Source: Marsupella aquatica (Eukaryota; Plantae; Marchantiophyta). From it: a stretch of 64,000 bases of DNA. This document shows positions 36,847 through 50,699 of the stretch, piece by piece. A program made the translations under genes and the position numbers. The DNA lies in NCBI GenBank assembly GCA_973895155.1, contig OZ316892.1, positions 18,947,357 through 19,011,356 on the forward strand, read 5' to 3'. The notes beneath the pieces were generated by a model. The model worked only from the letters and a program-made list of their open reading frames with translations, searched no databases and was not told the DNA's origin. Within the stretch, counting starts at the first letter, position 1. Every line of letters starts with the position of its first letter.

Positions 36847-37923
36847 TCAAAGCTGAACAGGACACATGAAGTTAAGAAACGAATGTCGAAGTATAGTCGA
36901 GCGTGGTCTATTACACATAATGCGTTTTTGCTCTGTTCCAAACCCATTGCTTTGCAGGACCTGCGAATCAACGCCACCTCCATTGAACACCGCTAGAAGC
37001 TCATCGTTCACAGTTACAATAAGACCCATGAAAATTGGCTCATCGTCAGGGTCCGAGTGAAAGTCCCAGTCCCAGTCTAACCTCGGAAAGGAATTTTTTT
37101 GCAGAACCGTCGAAGAATTCTTGTCGAGATCATAAATGCTATTGTGAAGCCCTGTATCGAATATAATTTTCCTTTGCAGCGAATAATTTGTCAAATGAAT
37201 TATGGGGCAGAAAAGCTTTGATCACTCTCCATTCTCTCTTAGCTGGATGATAAGCCTGACTATACCCTTGACCGTAAACCAAAAGCTCCTCTCCAACTGC
37301 TACAACTGTAGGACAAATTCTCGAGGTTGTCATGGGCTTTATTGAAAACCAAGCACCTAGCTTGGGGTCATACATCTCGGATGCTCCACCCAATTCTTTG
37401 TGACGACTCAAACCCCCAAACACGTAGATCTTCCCATCTAGTACGCTGCACCCAAAGTGTTCTCGAGAGTCTAGCATACTCGCGCACTGGTGCCACTGCT
37501 TCTGCCCTGCCAAATCCAACAGATAAACTTCGGCGCTTTCGTCAAGAGCGCGATCCTCCTTCACTCCTCCCAAGACATACATCGTGCCAGCCAATGAAAC
37601 CCATTGGTACTCTCCGGTTGGGAGTTTATGGCAAGAATTGTCCTTCATGGAATAGAGAGAGGCAAATTCATAGTCTTCTTCGAAATAACCGCATCCACAA
37701 ACAACTAAAGTTTCAGTTGAGTGAGAGCGAATTCAGGCATCATAGACAGCGCGATTTTGGATTGCTCACAAACGACTTACTGATGACAGTATGTGAAAAC
37801 CCTCCATGGCAACTTCGTACAAATCTGGTCCAAAGTGATCTCATTCGGGATCCCCGGGAGGAGTTGCTCCTTCTCTTCGTCCAATCTCAAAAATCTGTGC
37901 GACGGTATTGAATCGCAACCCAT
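36847..37923 (-). pseudogene. F-box/kelch-repeat pseudogene
   Basis: ATG at 37923 and F-box LLPGIPNEITLDQICTKLPW. A frameshift at ~37800 is followed by two TGA stops (VSRL*AIQ, VYDA*IRS). Kelch repeats MYVLGG..W and GKIYVFGG..YDPK..W, then a second frameshift at ~37170. Confidence 0.85.
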
Positions 37924-39084
37924 TTTAAATAATGTTTGCAGATTCTGTCTGTCCGTGTAACTGATCTTATTTTATCCCGTCCCATATCTACTCCTGCTGT
38001 CCCATCGGTCGGTGTGCTTTCAGCCATCTCCGGTCACTGTATTCCTTCACCAATCTTCTCCAATCACATCCTCCTCGTGTCCCTTGATGCTTTGAGCCCC
38101 AGGAATAAGAGTTTAAGCGTTACACTGCCACAAATGAGCTTCATCCCACCACAATCTCCCTACTGCAGGCTGGGATCGTATCTGTCCTGTGAAGGCCGAA
38201 TGTCAGTGCAATGAATGACGTTCAGCATAACACAACCCAAGATCCCGACCTCCAATCACAGCTACTTTACCATACTCGCACCAATGACTGCCACAGCAAG
38301 AAAATGACAGAATTGTTAGACCCTATCATTCAATGTTTCTCCGAGGAATTGTGACATCTTCCCCTCATTCTACAACAGTCGTCTGCCTTCATGTACTGCC
38401 AACGTAGAAAACATAAACTGCCACTATCTTCCAAGAGCTGCTCCGTGCTGCAGCTCCTTTCACGAAGCACATGCCACCCAGCCACTGAGCGTAACATTGC
38501 CGTTGAGCAAAGAGTTATGAAATCACGTGTGCTTGGCGGACATTGACAGGGGAAGGGATGCCCATTCCAGATTTGTTGGATGGAACTATGCGCCACCCTT
38601 GAAAGAAAAACCCAAGGAAACCCACTCAAAGTCACAAGTAATTTTTCTCAACACGGAGTCTGGCACACTTCAACGAAGCCTTGAACTGCAGCTTGTTCAT
38701 GATTTCTCTTGCTCTGATAGAAATGCTCGATTCACGCTACTCCTTGGGAAGGATGTTCAGTATTGTATATGTGTCGACAGGAAGCAAAACCAGCGCAATG
38801 AGAGTCGTTTCCTGCGCAGCGTCCCCCAAATGCATTATTCTCGACCACCTTGGGCTCTCTGGGGCATCCTGTATCGCTCTCCACCGACATTTCTTGGCCG
38901 GAATCTCTCGCAACCTCACGAAGAAAAGAGAGTCCTATCAAACCCGGACTCTCGTTACTGATGAGCTTTTGAAAGGGTAAGAAAAGAGGCCCACAATTTG
39001 AGCGGGAAAACCACCACTCTCATTCCTCCAGGGGCTTTACAAGAGGGGGTCTAGTGGGGTTTTACAAGAATGACCCGACAAACC

Positions 39085-39575
39085 TAGATATGTACTTGAT
39101 GGACCTTTAAATTGAAAGCTGTTACTTGATGGACCCCATGAGGTTTTCCTTAAGCTAAATTAAGGTCCATCAACTGAATCACTCATAGGGTCCATCAAGC
39201 AACATTTTTCATTCTAAGGGTCCATCAAGTTTTTCTTAGGCGAATTTAAGGTCCATCAATGGCCTAAATCACTCATAGGTGCCATCAAGTAACACTTCTC
39301 ATTTCAGGGGTTCATCAACTGCCTGCCTGGATCACTCATAGGGTCCATCAAGTATCACTTTTCATTTTACAGGTCCATCAAGTAACATTTTTCATTTTGG
39401 GGGTCCATCAAAATATATCTCTCCAAACTAACTTTACTTCTTCTTCTAGACTAAGATTTCAACCCAGTTCTTGGTTTAGTGTGACTTCTTTCCTGACTCT
39501 AGAAGAGTTTGGCCAATGCCTGGATCATTCATTGGGTCCATCAGGTTATTTTGGGGTCGGTCAAGTATATATCTC
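39085..39575. mobile_element. Mutator-like MITE with multiplied GGTCCATCAAG subterminal motifs
   Basis: Ends TAGATATGTACTTGATGGACC ... GTCAAGTATATATCTC; flanks CCGACAAACC / CAAACAAACC match at 8 of 10. An alternative right end lies at ~39421. Confidence 0.6.
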
Positions 39576-41923
39576 CAAACAAACCTCTTTTCTTTTTCTA
39601 GACTAAGAGTTTGTCCCAGTCCTTGGTTTAGTGTGACTTTTTTCTTGACTCTAGACAAGTTTTAGCAATGGTTTCATTGCTCAAGCCAACAAAGCAGTTG
39701 GTGGGTCTGGAGGAGTAACCTGGTGTACAGTGTTTTCTTTGACAAAGTTTAGACCACCTTTTTTTATTTTTAAGTTTATGATTTATTCCGTGAACAAAGT
39801 TTAGTCTAGACCACCTTGCAAGATGGTTTAAAGTTTTGGCCACTTGGTGTCTCGGTAAGCATTGATTGTGTTCCCGACACTGGCCCTTTGTTCATCATCA
39901 CCTTGGAAGCCTAGATTTAGGCTTAAATTGGCCCAACTCATTTCGGCCTGGGAAAAGTATGCCTGTCCTTCTGGTTGTTCGTTTAAAGGCCCCATAGGAT
40001 AACAAGAGTTGACTGGTCACTTGTAGTTACCATACCAGATCCACAATTGAGGTGAACAGTTCCCAAAAAACTCATCTATTACCAGTCCTTGAGTTCCACT
40101 CTTAGATGTTGCCTAAACTCTAAGCTCGTACATAGTGAAATGTACTTTTGTTTTTGCCATTTGATGACATCAACTTGCACTTATGGTGCATTTTTCATTT
40201 CCTTCTATAAGTCACAGGAATTGCATTAGATGTTGTTGCTTGTGCGAGCCATGGCTGCCGGTAGCCTGAAGGTGCAGGTTTGCTGCTCGCAGAATAAAGA
40301 TAAATATGTGGAGACTACCATTGCAATTGTCGAGTAGGCCATGGCTGACAGTAGAGCGTGAGAGTGGGGTGACAGAGGTGCTGAATTCAAACCTTACTTG
40401 CTTGATTCGCCTTTTGAACCGACATCCCCCCAAAAGTGGGGTTCAGATGCCTCTAGTGACTTAGAAAAAATTGTGATTCTACCAGTAGTGTTAACACATA
40501 TACTCCTGCAAAAGTGGGGTTCACAAGCAGCTACTGGCACTTAGATTGTTTTATTTCTAGGGGGAATGGGCTGTGGCCGTTTGGAGTCAATGTCCACTAA
40601 AGATACACAGGACACTATTAAATGCTCAACACGATAGTCCTAGAAGTGAATTTCCAGTCAATGTTCAGTGAGTTACAGGACACTATTAAGTGCTAATCGC
40701 CATGCTCCTAGAAGTGAATCATTTTTAGATGTATTTACAAAGGAAAATGCTCCAATATGAGACCTGTGGCAGTTTAGGGTCAATGTTCACCGAGTTACAG
40801 GACACCATTAAATGCTAAACACTACACTCCTAGAAGTGAATCATTTTTCGATGTATTTACAAAGGAAAATGCCCCAATATGAGACCACTGTGCCATCAAC
40901 ATGCAGTTATCCATGGAATGCACTTATACACGGTACACGACTGTGACTATGTTCAAGAATTGTCATTTGCATTCAAAGAATTTGTTCTCCTTGTGTTGTA
41001 GTGAGCCACGCCCTGTGCTCCTCAGCAAGCAAGCCTCTCGGGTGATGAGTGACAGCGAAAGACGAGAGATGTGCAGAGAGTGGGGCCATTGGACTCGATC
41101 TTGCTCTGCTACGCGCAAAAACTATTGAGCTGGTGGAACTTAGAGCTACGGTAATTTGGGCATCGTTCTTCTCAGGGTTTTGTCTCGTTTTGATGCGGAG
41201 TTCTTTCCTTGAGCTCGTTGTAAGCATCACGACCTACGGTCAAGGACTGTCAGTTGCATTCAAGGAATTTCTTCTTCCGTGTGAGACTTGAAAACGTGAC
41301 ACTTGAAGATTCTAGCTTTCATTCTGTTCCAAGCAGTAGGAGATACATGATTTCTCATACTCAATTTCTATTTGCTCTTTGTCCCTTTCGTACGAAAGTC
41401 CATGGCCAGAACGTCTCTCTGCCAAGTCCTGGGAGACTTGGCAATTATTCAGGCAACTCTCGCCCTAGGCCTCGCTTCGAATCCAGCGGAGGCTTGTTTT
41501 AATCAGTGTTGGGATTTTGTGCCTGGCTGCAGATTCCGCAGTGTGACTAGATGTGAGCGTTGAGGAACTGGCACGGTCCACTGATGACTTCAATTCAGCT
41601 CAACTGAAGGCTCTGTGCATTCAAGCTGGAATGCTTGCCTTCCTACGCGATCTTTTGAGAAGCTGAAGTATGGCAATTCGGATTACCCAGAGGAGAGATT
41701 GAAAATGACCAACAGGTCCTCCCGGGGGACTTCCAGCGGTATTAGTAGGGTTTAGGTCTAAGTCTGGAGTTCCACGATGATTCCACTCCCGTAACAGAAA
41801 TTGTAAGAAGTCCAGACAGAATTGTAAGGATAGGATCATGGTTTCGCGATAATTACTGAGGAGCCGTGAAGCTTTTCGGTGATGAGGAACATGATTTGAT
41901 TCAGTAAGTGGAAGAGGAAGAGG

Positions 41924-44900
41924 ATGCAGGTTGTCACCATAGACAGCCTCTTCACGTCGTCCATTCCTTGTTCTTCATCATCCTCATTCCTATCCGAGTC
42001 ATCTTCCAGCCATAATGTCATTTCCCCTGGAGAGAATCATCCAGTATTTGCAAGTCAATGTATTCAGAAAGTCCTCGGGAAAAGGACTCGAGATAAACAG
42101 AGAGTACAGACGAAAGGCGGGGCCAAATTTCAAATGATAAAGGTGTTACCTCAGTGCTGGGTAATTGTTGGTCGTCTGCAGCTGTGCAATCGAAATGTGC
42201 ATAATTGGTATGGCTTATTTGTTCCTGCTGACTGTGTGGCGTTGACAGATTCGACTGGCACCATATGTTGTTGCATCTGTCAGGGCCCTGACCCTAGCTT
42301 TCTGGGTAAGACTGTGAGAGTGAACTCTTGGAATTTTATTCCCAAAACGGGAATTCCGTTGACGAGGGTGCAATCATCTGGGAATTCGGATTGTCGACTG
42401 GGAATTTTAGAAATTCTTAGTTTTGAACTTGTGGAAGGACAACCTTCAGAAGAAACGATCTTACCTTCTCTCTTTGTGAGTCCACCTGCGGCAGATGGTC
42501 AGAAAGAATTTGAAGAAATTCCCCTCGAAAAGCAGGAATGGCAACGAAGAGGATTCACCCTTCGTGGTATCCCACATTGCATAAGCCCTCCTTTCATTTT
42601 GCCCTGTAAATCCGCTGGAGAGAATGGTACATTGCCAAGCCAAGCAGGTAGCAGTCGAATGCAAGAAGGAGAGGAGAGCAACAATGAGAAGATTTCCCGA
42701 GATTCTATGCTGGGATTCTTCGTTGAGATTCAATGTTGTTCCGCTTGCAGCCCCTCTTATTTTGATAAGTGTTCTGTCCAAAGGAAAGCGCTTAAACCTC
42801 GGAAGCTGGATAAAAGTCGACGATCGACTGATGTTACCGGACAATCCCCCGCAGTTAGCTCGACGACCGAGCACAGCAACACGACAACCCCGCATGTTCC
42901 CGTTGATGAGAATTTCTCGTCTTTGCCTAGGCCTTCTGAAGTTGCAGGGACTCCCTGTTCGAACACCTTTTCGGAAGTAGGAGGGGGTCCCTTATTTGTC
43001 TACTTCTCTGGTCCCGTGGCAGCTTGGCGCCCGGTGCTCTCTGGTACGCGGGGGCGATGTGTCACCATTACTGGTCTCAGGAAGAAACTGATCCTTGTGG
43101 GGACTGATAAGAGGCCTCACATTTTATATCTTGCCACTTGGAAAAGCTTAATCACTCTTGATTGTGAAAGAGAACTACTCGGTGGGCGGCTCCAGACATC
43201 ACCTCTCCATATGCCTGAAGCGAGGAGCCTAGACGGTGTGTTCATTGTCAAGGAGCCACAAACGGGATGCGACACGAAACGAGGAAGTTTCAGGGTGGAC
43301 AGTAGCGAATCTCCAGTAAAGAAATCCAAACTTTATTTCAGATTTAGGAACAGCTTTGATGGATTCCGTGCATTCGAGCGAGGCAAAGATTCCTCCGGGT
43401 GTGGCCACGAAGACCACATGTGTCAGGAAGAGGGCAGTGGTATAGGTTTGGATAAGGATAACCGAGTGATTTCCTTCGTAGGTATCGTGACTGACAGTCT
43501 GTTTCAAGGAACACTCCTTGAACTTGACGAGCGTGTATGGCTTCTCCTCACGCACCAACGCCATACCAAACTGTATGGTCTACGAATTGGGGCAATGGTG
43601 AGTGGTGATGAATTCTCTTTGTTGGTCTATCAGATTAAGGATTTGCGTGACAGACCTCACCTCGCAGTTCACCGTGGTCCATTTTACAGTAGTTTGAACG
43701 CTGAAATCAGTGATGTGCAATTTTTTACTCGGTACTCACAAGTTCGAGTTTTGACACGTATTTGAAAGCTTTCCCATCTCTACATCAATTAAAGTGGCAT
43801 TGTTGAAGAATTTCTTATGGCCCAATTGTCTGCAGCTGTCCTTGAGAGAAGTACATGCGATTACAATCAAAGATGTCATGGGGAAGTCTCTCCTGTTGGG
43901 AGCCTGCATGCATTCTCACCTCTCGGTGGTACTCTTTTCCCCTTGTCCTACACAGTAAGTCACCTATCCTCTGTTCATGATGCAAGGTGACGATTGGAAA
44001 CAATCTCTTGGTGCTGACGAATAGTAACCGTCTTGAGTCTTGGCACCCCGGGTGTCTTCTATTGAAATTGTTTCCCAACATGCAGCAATGGTTTAGTTGC
44101 TTCAAATGGAATTAGTCTAAGTTTTTTTGGCTTAGAACTTCGCTGCAGATCCATTCAAAGAGTCTTCTACTGAAGTACATTCAACGCCTTTCATTCACAT
44201 CCACATTCTGGTGATACTCAACTTACGGCTCCTATTTTTTTGGCATTTGGCTATGGTGAACAATATGGAAGCTCACGTTGCTATCAGTCTACCCGTATCC
44301 TTGGTTTAGATTTTGCTGTAGACAGTATATTATGTTGACTACCATGGCCAAACGTACCCCGTTGGTACCTAACCTACATTATTGTGTAGGATTCTTACAC
44401 TGATCTGGAGCTTTAGGCAAAAGTTCCGTGATATTTATAGCAACAAGGAGCTGTTGGGAACAAAGAAGGTGGGTGCTCTTTGCCCTAGCTGTTGATCTGT
44501 TTCAATTTTACTTTTTAAGGTGAGAAAGGTGGCGGTCTTAAGATCCACTCTCAGTTCTTTGTGCTTCAAAATACTTTCAAATGAAAAATAGAAAATCAGG
44601 AGGATTCTTGTATATGATCGATCACGTGTGCGTACTGTGCCCTTAATGTCGCTGAGCTATGGAACTCAACCTGGTGTCTTTAGAACTAATATAGCTCGTC
44701 TCCATTTCTAATTCAGTGCTGATGTTGCAGGATCCTGGAAGCATCCAGAAATACGCTCAGAGAATGATTGCTCCAGACGAGACCCTGGAGCGAGTGAGGA
44801 ATCTTGACCTATTCGTACTTGTTTTTCTCTGGGTGTCGTCTCATACATTCAAGACCTTCGCAACTTTTTGACATATTCGATTTGTTCTGCGCTGTCAGTC

Positions 44901-47900
44901 TCTTGCATTTAGTGATACTGTGAATGGGCCTTCAAGTCAACTAAAATTCAATATCATCAAAACTTATTGGTTCTGTAGGAACATCCAAATCCAAGTACTG
45001 TATTGCGGATAGAAATACACCAGAATGCCAGAAAAAGGACCCTAATCCCATTCAGGAATGCTCTATGTTCGCGACGATCTGGTAGCAACATCGGCTTGAA
45101 ATATTGTAGTCCCAGTGAGCCCCCTAAGCTGTAATTTCAATAAATTCGAACAAGCAAGAAGTTGACGAAAAAGTCAATTTACGTTGAGAAAGTAGTTATA
45201 TTTGTTAAGCTCATTGCATTTTCTTTCCAACTATTGAAACAGGATTTGGTCAAGGAGTTCTTCCATAAGCAACACTGCAAACTTGGGGGCAGACGTCCTT
45301 CTACACCAATGATGCAGGTAGTGCTCTCTAGTGCTTCCCTTTAAAGTGGATTCCTTTCTTGGCTCACATTCATGTCTGCAAGGGATGTGAATAAGAGTTC
45401 AACCAACTCTCCAAAGTGATCTATATCTTGCAGAATTGACAACAATGATTACTCACGATGACAGGTCCCTCCCATAGCGAACTTTTGCAATCATGTTCAA
45501 GCTCTATGGCAAAGCTATAGATCCCTAGACAACTTGAGTGAATCTGGAAATCCTGTGAGTAGCCGAAGGAGCGGGACTGGCGAATGCAACCCTATGAGGC
45601 AATCGATTACGAGTGGGCAGTTGAGACACTTAACAATAACGAGTCAAGAACTTGGCATAATATTGTTAGGCTCTCTGCAGGTTATTTACATCCACCCTTC
45701 TCACTATTTTGTGGCTGTCTATTTATTCAAGCGTTGTTCACTTGTGTCACGCATGACTAATAAGTCCAACAACAAAAGTTTTAAACTTAGAGGTTTTTTG
45801 ACGTCCACACTTGCATTCATTATTGGGCTGACGAAAACAACGTCTTGAGATTTAATTTTCTCGATCAGAGTTAAATCCTTTCCTCTGAATGGCTCAATTA
45901 ATATGTTGTACTCCTGGGCAGGTTGGTCAGACATCAGGAAAACTACATCTATCGGATGCAACAGGAACCGTCGATGTTGTGATACCAGATCTTTTATCAA
46001 GTGAACACCTTTCCAGAACCTATCAAGTTAGGACCACTATAACTCTCAAGTACTATCGTTTGCATTATTCTTAGGTAGTTTGTGGCTTCGTTTCGATTCC
46101 CTCTGAGCAATCTGCTGAGTGATGCAAACCTTTACTTGTGTGAAGGTGTCACGCTTCACTCTGAAATTGGAAGGGCTTGATGGGGCTTCTCCTACTGCTA
46201 ACGATGGGATCGGTGCCACGTTGATATCCTGGTCCAGTCTATTGAAGGAAGTGAAACCTGTCCCAAGTCCTGACCTTGTTAAGTGCAGTGTCCACTTTTT
46301 TATTAGAGACGCCACTTATCTTCATGATTTAGACCGGTGTCAGAATGTCATACGTCAAGTACGTCCACTCTACCAGTCTGAGGAGAACGGCTGGCGGCAA
46401 AAGCAGATGCAAGAATTGTGGGCCAAGACAAAATCGCATCTGGATTTTCTGAGGCTCTCGTTCCAGTCTCACACAACAGAAGTGGCAGGTATCCGTTGCA
46501 GTCGTCACGGAGTGGGAGTTCTTAGTGAACATGTTGGCGAATTGGTTCCTAGTGATCATCTCTTCAAAGTCAATTGCAAGGTCTGCTACTCTCAATGTCA
46601 GCAGCCAGACCATGTTCGTGGAACTTCCTAGAAATTAAACTCCTTCCTATGTGCAAGTTGGTTCCTAGTGATCATCTGTTCAAAGTCAATTGCAAGGTCT
46701 GGTACTCCCCATGACAGCAGGCAGACCATGTTCGTGGAACTTCCTGGAAATTAAGCACCTTCATATTTGCTAGTTTTGAACATGCCGTCGTCTGGGCTTT
46801 GAAAATGTCGAAACTTGTCTTTGTTGAGTAATCACAGGTGTCTTGGAAATTCCCTGAGACGACGGTTTGCTGGTTTATTTCTAGAGAATCGGTGTTATGA
46901 ATTCAGGAGAAAAGCTTACTAGACTTGTGTCCATGCTGCATAGGTAGTGGCAGTCAAGCTCCTTGTGTTGGAGTGGCCATGTGGCCTAGCAAGTTCAGAA
47001 GTAAGAAATACCAAGCTACCGTCTTGGCGTGGGGCCAAATGCTCCGCAACTAGTGGGAAGCCCCGATTTGGCTTGCCCTTGACACTAGCTTGCTTTGTCG
47101 TGGGTGAGTTTTCAATTCAACTCGTGATCTTGAGTGATTACAGGTTAGTACCTCCATGACAAAGAGTATGCCTGTCGAAAGGTCTTACAAACTATTTCCG
47201 TCCCTATAGTAGAATATTTGCTTAAATTTTCAAGCACGTATTCTGTAATGTGCAGATGATGGTTCCGGACCAACTGATTGTTGGGCACTAGGTGACGCAG
47301 CTGTTTCTCTGCTAGGGCTAGCCAATGTGACCGGTCAACTGAACCTTCCTGATGCACTGCTGGAGAGACTATGTGCCAATCTGGCACGGGTGTTTGACGT
47401 TCGACCTTTTATGGGATTGCCCCTGAATCAAATCCTGTGCCATATGACCCAGAGATATGGACAATTTGTTCTTCAAACTATCGATCCATATGGAGACTCA
47501 ACGGGGTCTCGCTACCTGATAAACAGCAAAAGTGGACGTTTACTCAGTGATGATGAACGATCTCTCATGCATCTGGTTGTCACCAATGCTAGCCTTAAAG
47601 GCCCCTTGGTAAGATTTGGTGGCCGTTCGAAGGCATTGACCTTGTTTGCCAATCAGCTGTGATGTCCACCCTGTTTGAAGCGTAATCGTTTTAGCAACTC
47701 ACGAACTTCTCCATGATGTTGCTGCAGGCGATCCAGGGTACGAACATTCCATCGATGCAGAAGAGATGTTCTGCTGATGCTAACAAGCAGACGGGTGCTT
47801 GTGAAGTTCTAGCTTGCTGCAGCCCACGATCTCAGAGAGATCCATCATTTGGCCACTCCAAAGCAACGATGTTGGCACACACGGTCGATCCAATAAATTA

Positions 47901-47949
47901 CCTATCAGACTTGACAACTTTGACCGATCTGGTTGCAAAATTGTTGTAG
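41924..47949 (+). CDS. CTC1: CST complex subunit CTC1, 12 exons, ~1191 aa
   Basis: Plant CTC1-like motifs: ALTDSTGTICC..VNSWNFIP..GILEI, LELDERVWLLLT..LRIGA, GIILLGSL, GKLHLSDATGTVDVVIPDL and CFVVDDGS..CWA. Phase-consistent GT-AG exons: 41924-43597, 43836-43954, 44136-44210, 44390-44468, 44731-44793, 45243-45317, 45465-45680, 45922-46026, 46146-46580, 46944-47103, 47256-47608, 47728-47949. Confidence 0.88.
46542..46773 (+). repeat. 116-bp tandem duplication spanning the CTC1 exon-9 donor site
   Basis: TTGGTTCCTAGTGATCATCT..TTGCAAGGTCTG..GACCATGTTCGTGGAACTTCCT at 46542 and 46658. Confidence 0.9.
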
Positions 47950-50237
47950 GTAAGTGACATCTATTACACTTCTGACATATTCGGATAGTTGTTGATATCA
48001 AAGGAGAAAGCCAGAAAGGAGGCCCGATTTTTGTCTTATTATCATCATCATTAGGCATTGACAAATTTCAAGTAAAAGACCGCACCTTAAGATTTGCAGA
48101 TTACGACCATCTGACATTATCTATGGGAAAAGTGAGGAAGTAAGAAATATGCACTACTTTCCCAACATCTCCGGCATCACCTTCCAGAAAGTGAAACTGT
48201 AGCCCGATCTGCAGCTCTCAGTGTTCAAATCAAATCCAAAATAAGATCATATCTCTTGCAACGGGCGGTCACCAATCCGTGCCAGGACCCAATTGAGAAT
48301 ACTCGAGCGATCCCACGAAATTCCTTGTCCTACAAAACTGTGGGGAGAATTTATCATGTCCTAATAAGTTATACATTACTGCGATACTCTTACTACCGAG
48401 CCAGCTAAGTTACGAAAGGTGAGTTACTCTTTTTTTCTTTACTTAATGAAAGAGCCCTACAGTGCGGAAAATGCCCGGTTTCTGTTTTATTATTTTCTCA
48501 TACACATTCTTACAACTACTACAAGTGCACAAACACATGAAAGCAGAACTCATTCCCACACAAGAGTCACCCTGGGCCACTTGAGCTTATCACCAGACCC
48601 ACTCAAGTAATTTGTGAGTTACTCTCATTGCCAAACGGTCAACCTTAGAAGCCTCAGCTCATCACCAGACCCTACTAGTGGTTTATGAGCTGGTTTGAGT
48701 TGCCTAACCCTTGTGATTTCAAGACACACAAATATCTTAGGAATACTTATTTCTGTGAAAGGTCGTTCACCTTATGTTTTTCTTACTCCAGACCATCAAT
48801 GTTGCAAATTTCTGTTTCTTGAATTCAGCGAAAATATTGCAGTATACTCAGGGGATTTCAATCAACGTTTCATTCTTTTGGTCTTGGGCTCTCAAAAATT
48901 TTACAATAACCTGGACCTTCAAACACACTTGTATTCTATAAGCAGGTTGTATTTTGTGCTGACAAAATTGTTAGAAATGTGATAACCTTTGTCTTTGTTG
49001 GTTGCAAGTGTGATTTGTATCAATATAATAATAGGGCATCTCAGAAGTCAGCAATACCAAGATAATTTATTCCCATAATTCAAGACTTGTGGGAGCCAAT
49101 CCTGCAAAGGAATCCCATGGGCTCAACAGTTAACCAATAACCTTCATCATGCTATGCTAACTTTATATAAAAACAAAAACAAACAACTTTAAATATTTTG
49201 GACGGTAGCTTATGAGTCCGGAGAGTCTGATGAGATGCTATATTGTTCCTTATGTCTCTGGTTGGCAGGCTGAGGCATTCAGGAGATTTGTGCGGGAACC
49301 CAGTGCTTGGGATTCATTCAGTGGGCTGGGCGATGCAGAAATTATTACTTTTAACCCAGATGAATCAACGGGCTGTTGGGGTGATCAAAAGGGCTTGGGA
49401 TGGGGCCTTGGATGCCAAATCTAGAGTGAAGAGGTCTAGAGTGAAGCGCCTAGACAATAACTCCCAATACAGACAAAGTTGATAATGAATCTCAATGAAG
49501 ACAAAACTTAAAATGAGGATGGACAAAAGTGACTTTGACTCTAAAACGACAAAAATGAAATGAGGGTGGACAACAAACAAGGATGGGGAAAGGCCAACTG
49601 AAATAGCCTAGAAATTTTATTTGCAATATTTTATTTCTATTACCTTCAAGTAATGGGTAATAGGGCTACTGTGAATAAATCTCCTTGGCCGTGATTGGAT
49701 AGGGACAAGGGTGGATAGGGACAAGGGAGATAATCATGAGGCTAGGACAGGAATTTAGGCTAGGGACAGCTTGGCCAGTTACCTAAAGGCTGCCTGGGTA
49801 CTCTGAGTGTAGTCAGCAAGGAGGAGGGACACGAGGTGGCCCGCCATGCTTCACTCTAGGTGTGCAGCTCAAATACTCAATGGGCAGCCTTGCCCAACTA
49901 CTTAAAGCTGCCCTGGTACTCCAAGTGCCCTGGTACTCCAAGTGTAGTCAGCAAAGATGAGGGACAAGACGTGGCCTACCATGCTTCATTCTAGATGTGC
50001 AACTCAATGGACAGCCTTGAGATTGCTTTGAGTTTAAACTCTCTATCACATGTCATGTCCATGACTACTGTAGTTGCAATCATAGTAAGTGATCACTTAG
50101 TACTTGATCTGAATGTACAATTGATCACTTAAACAAGCGCTTCAAACTGTCTATGTCAATATGTATCACACTGCCAAAAAACAAAAATAGTTGAGAGACA
50201 AGAGAAATATCATGGTTTGATTTATTTTATACAAACA

Positions 50238-50555
50238 CGAGCCCTATGCCAGTGCGTTGCACTGTGCAAGGAGGACCGGTCCCATAGGGAGAAAGTGCAT
50301 GGAATGTAAACGTGGGTCGCGAAGCCCTATGCGGAGGTCCTTGCTGCAGGTGGGGATGGAAGGGCATAATGAGTGCACGGGGGTGCACGGAAGGGAGCAA
50401 AATCTGATGCATGTCTCATTTCATGATCGGATGGATACGAAAAAAGAGATGCTTTAATCTGACGGTTCAGTTTCATTCCTGCTGATATTCAAATTTGTAA
50501 CGGGACGACGGACGAAAGTGGCCAAATGGGCAGGATTGCCTATTATAGTGTTAGA
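50238..50555 (-). mobile_element. 318-bp non-autonomous Helitron
   Basis: On the minus strand: A|TCTAACACTATAATAG at the 5' end, the hairpin CAGTGC-AAC-GCACTG (50250-50264), and a CTCG|T 3' end. Inserted between A and T with no TSD. Confidence 0.7.
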
Positions 50556-50699
50556 TAACAACATTGGCCCGACACAATAAAAAGTAGTCCTCACACAAGG
50601 CAAATACTACAGATGCTCCCAATGTTCTAAGAAGCATGGCTTGTTAGGCATTTACTTTTAGGATCATAGCTAATATGTAATTACAATTTGTCTAATGTA

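Noticed and set aside
38330-38980. Exon-like segments and a 144-aa ORF
   Set aside because: No recognisable domain and no consistent spliced model.
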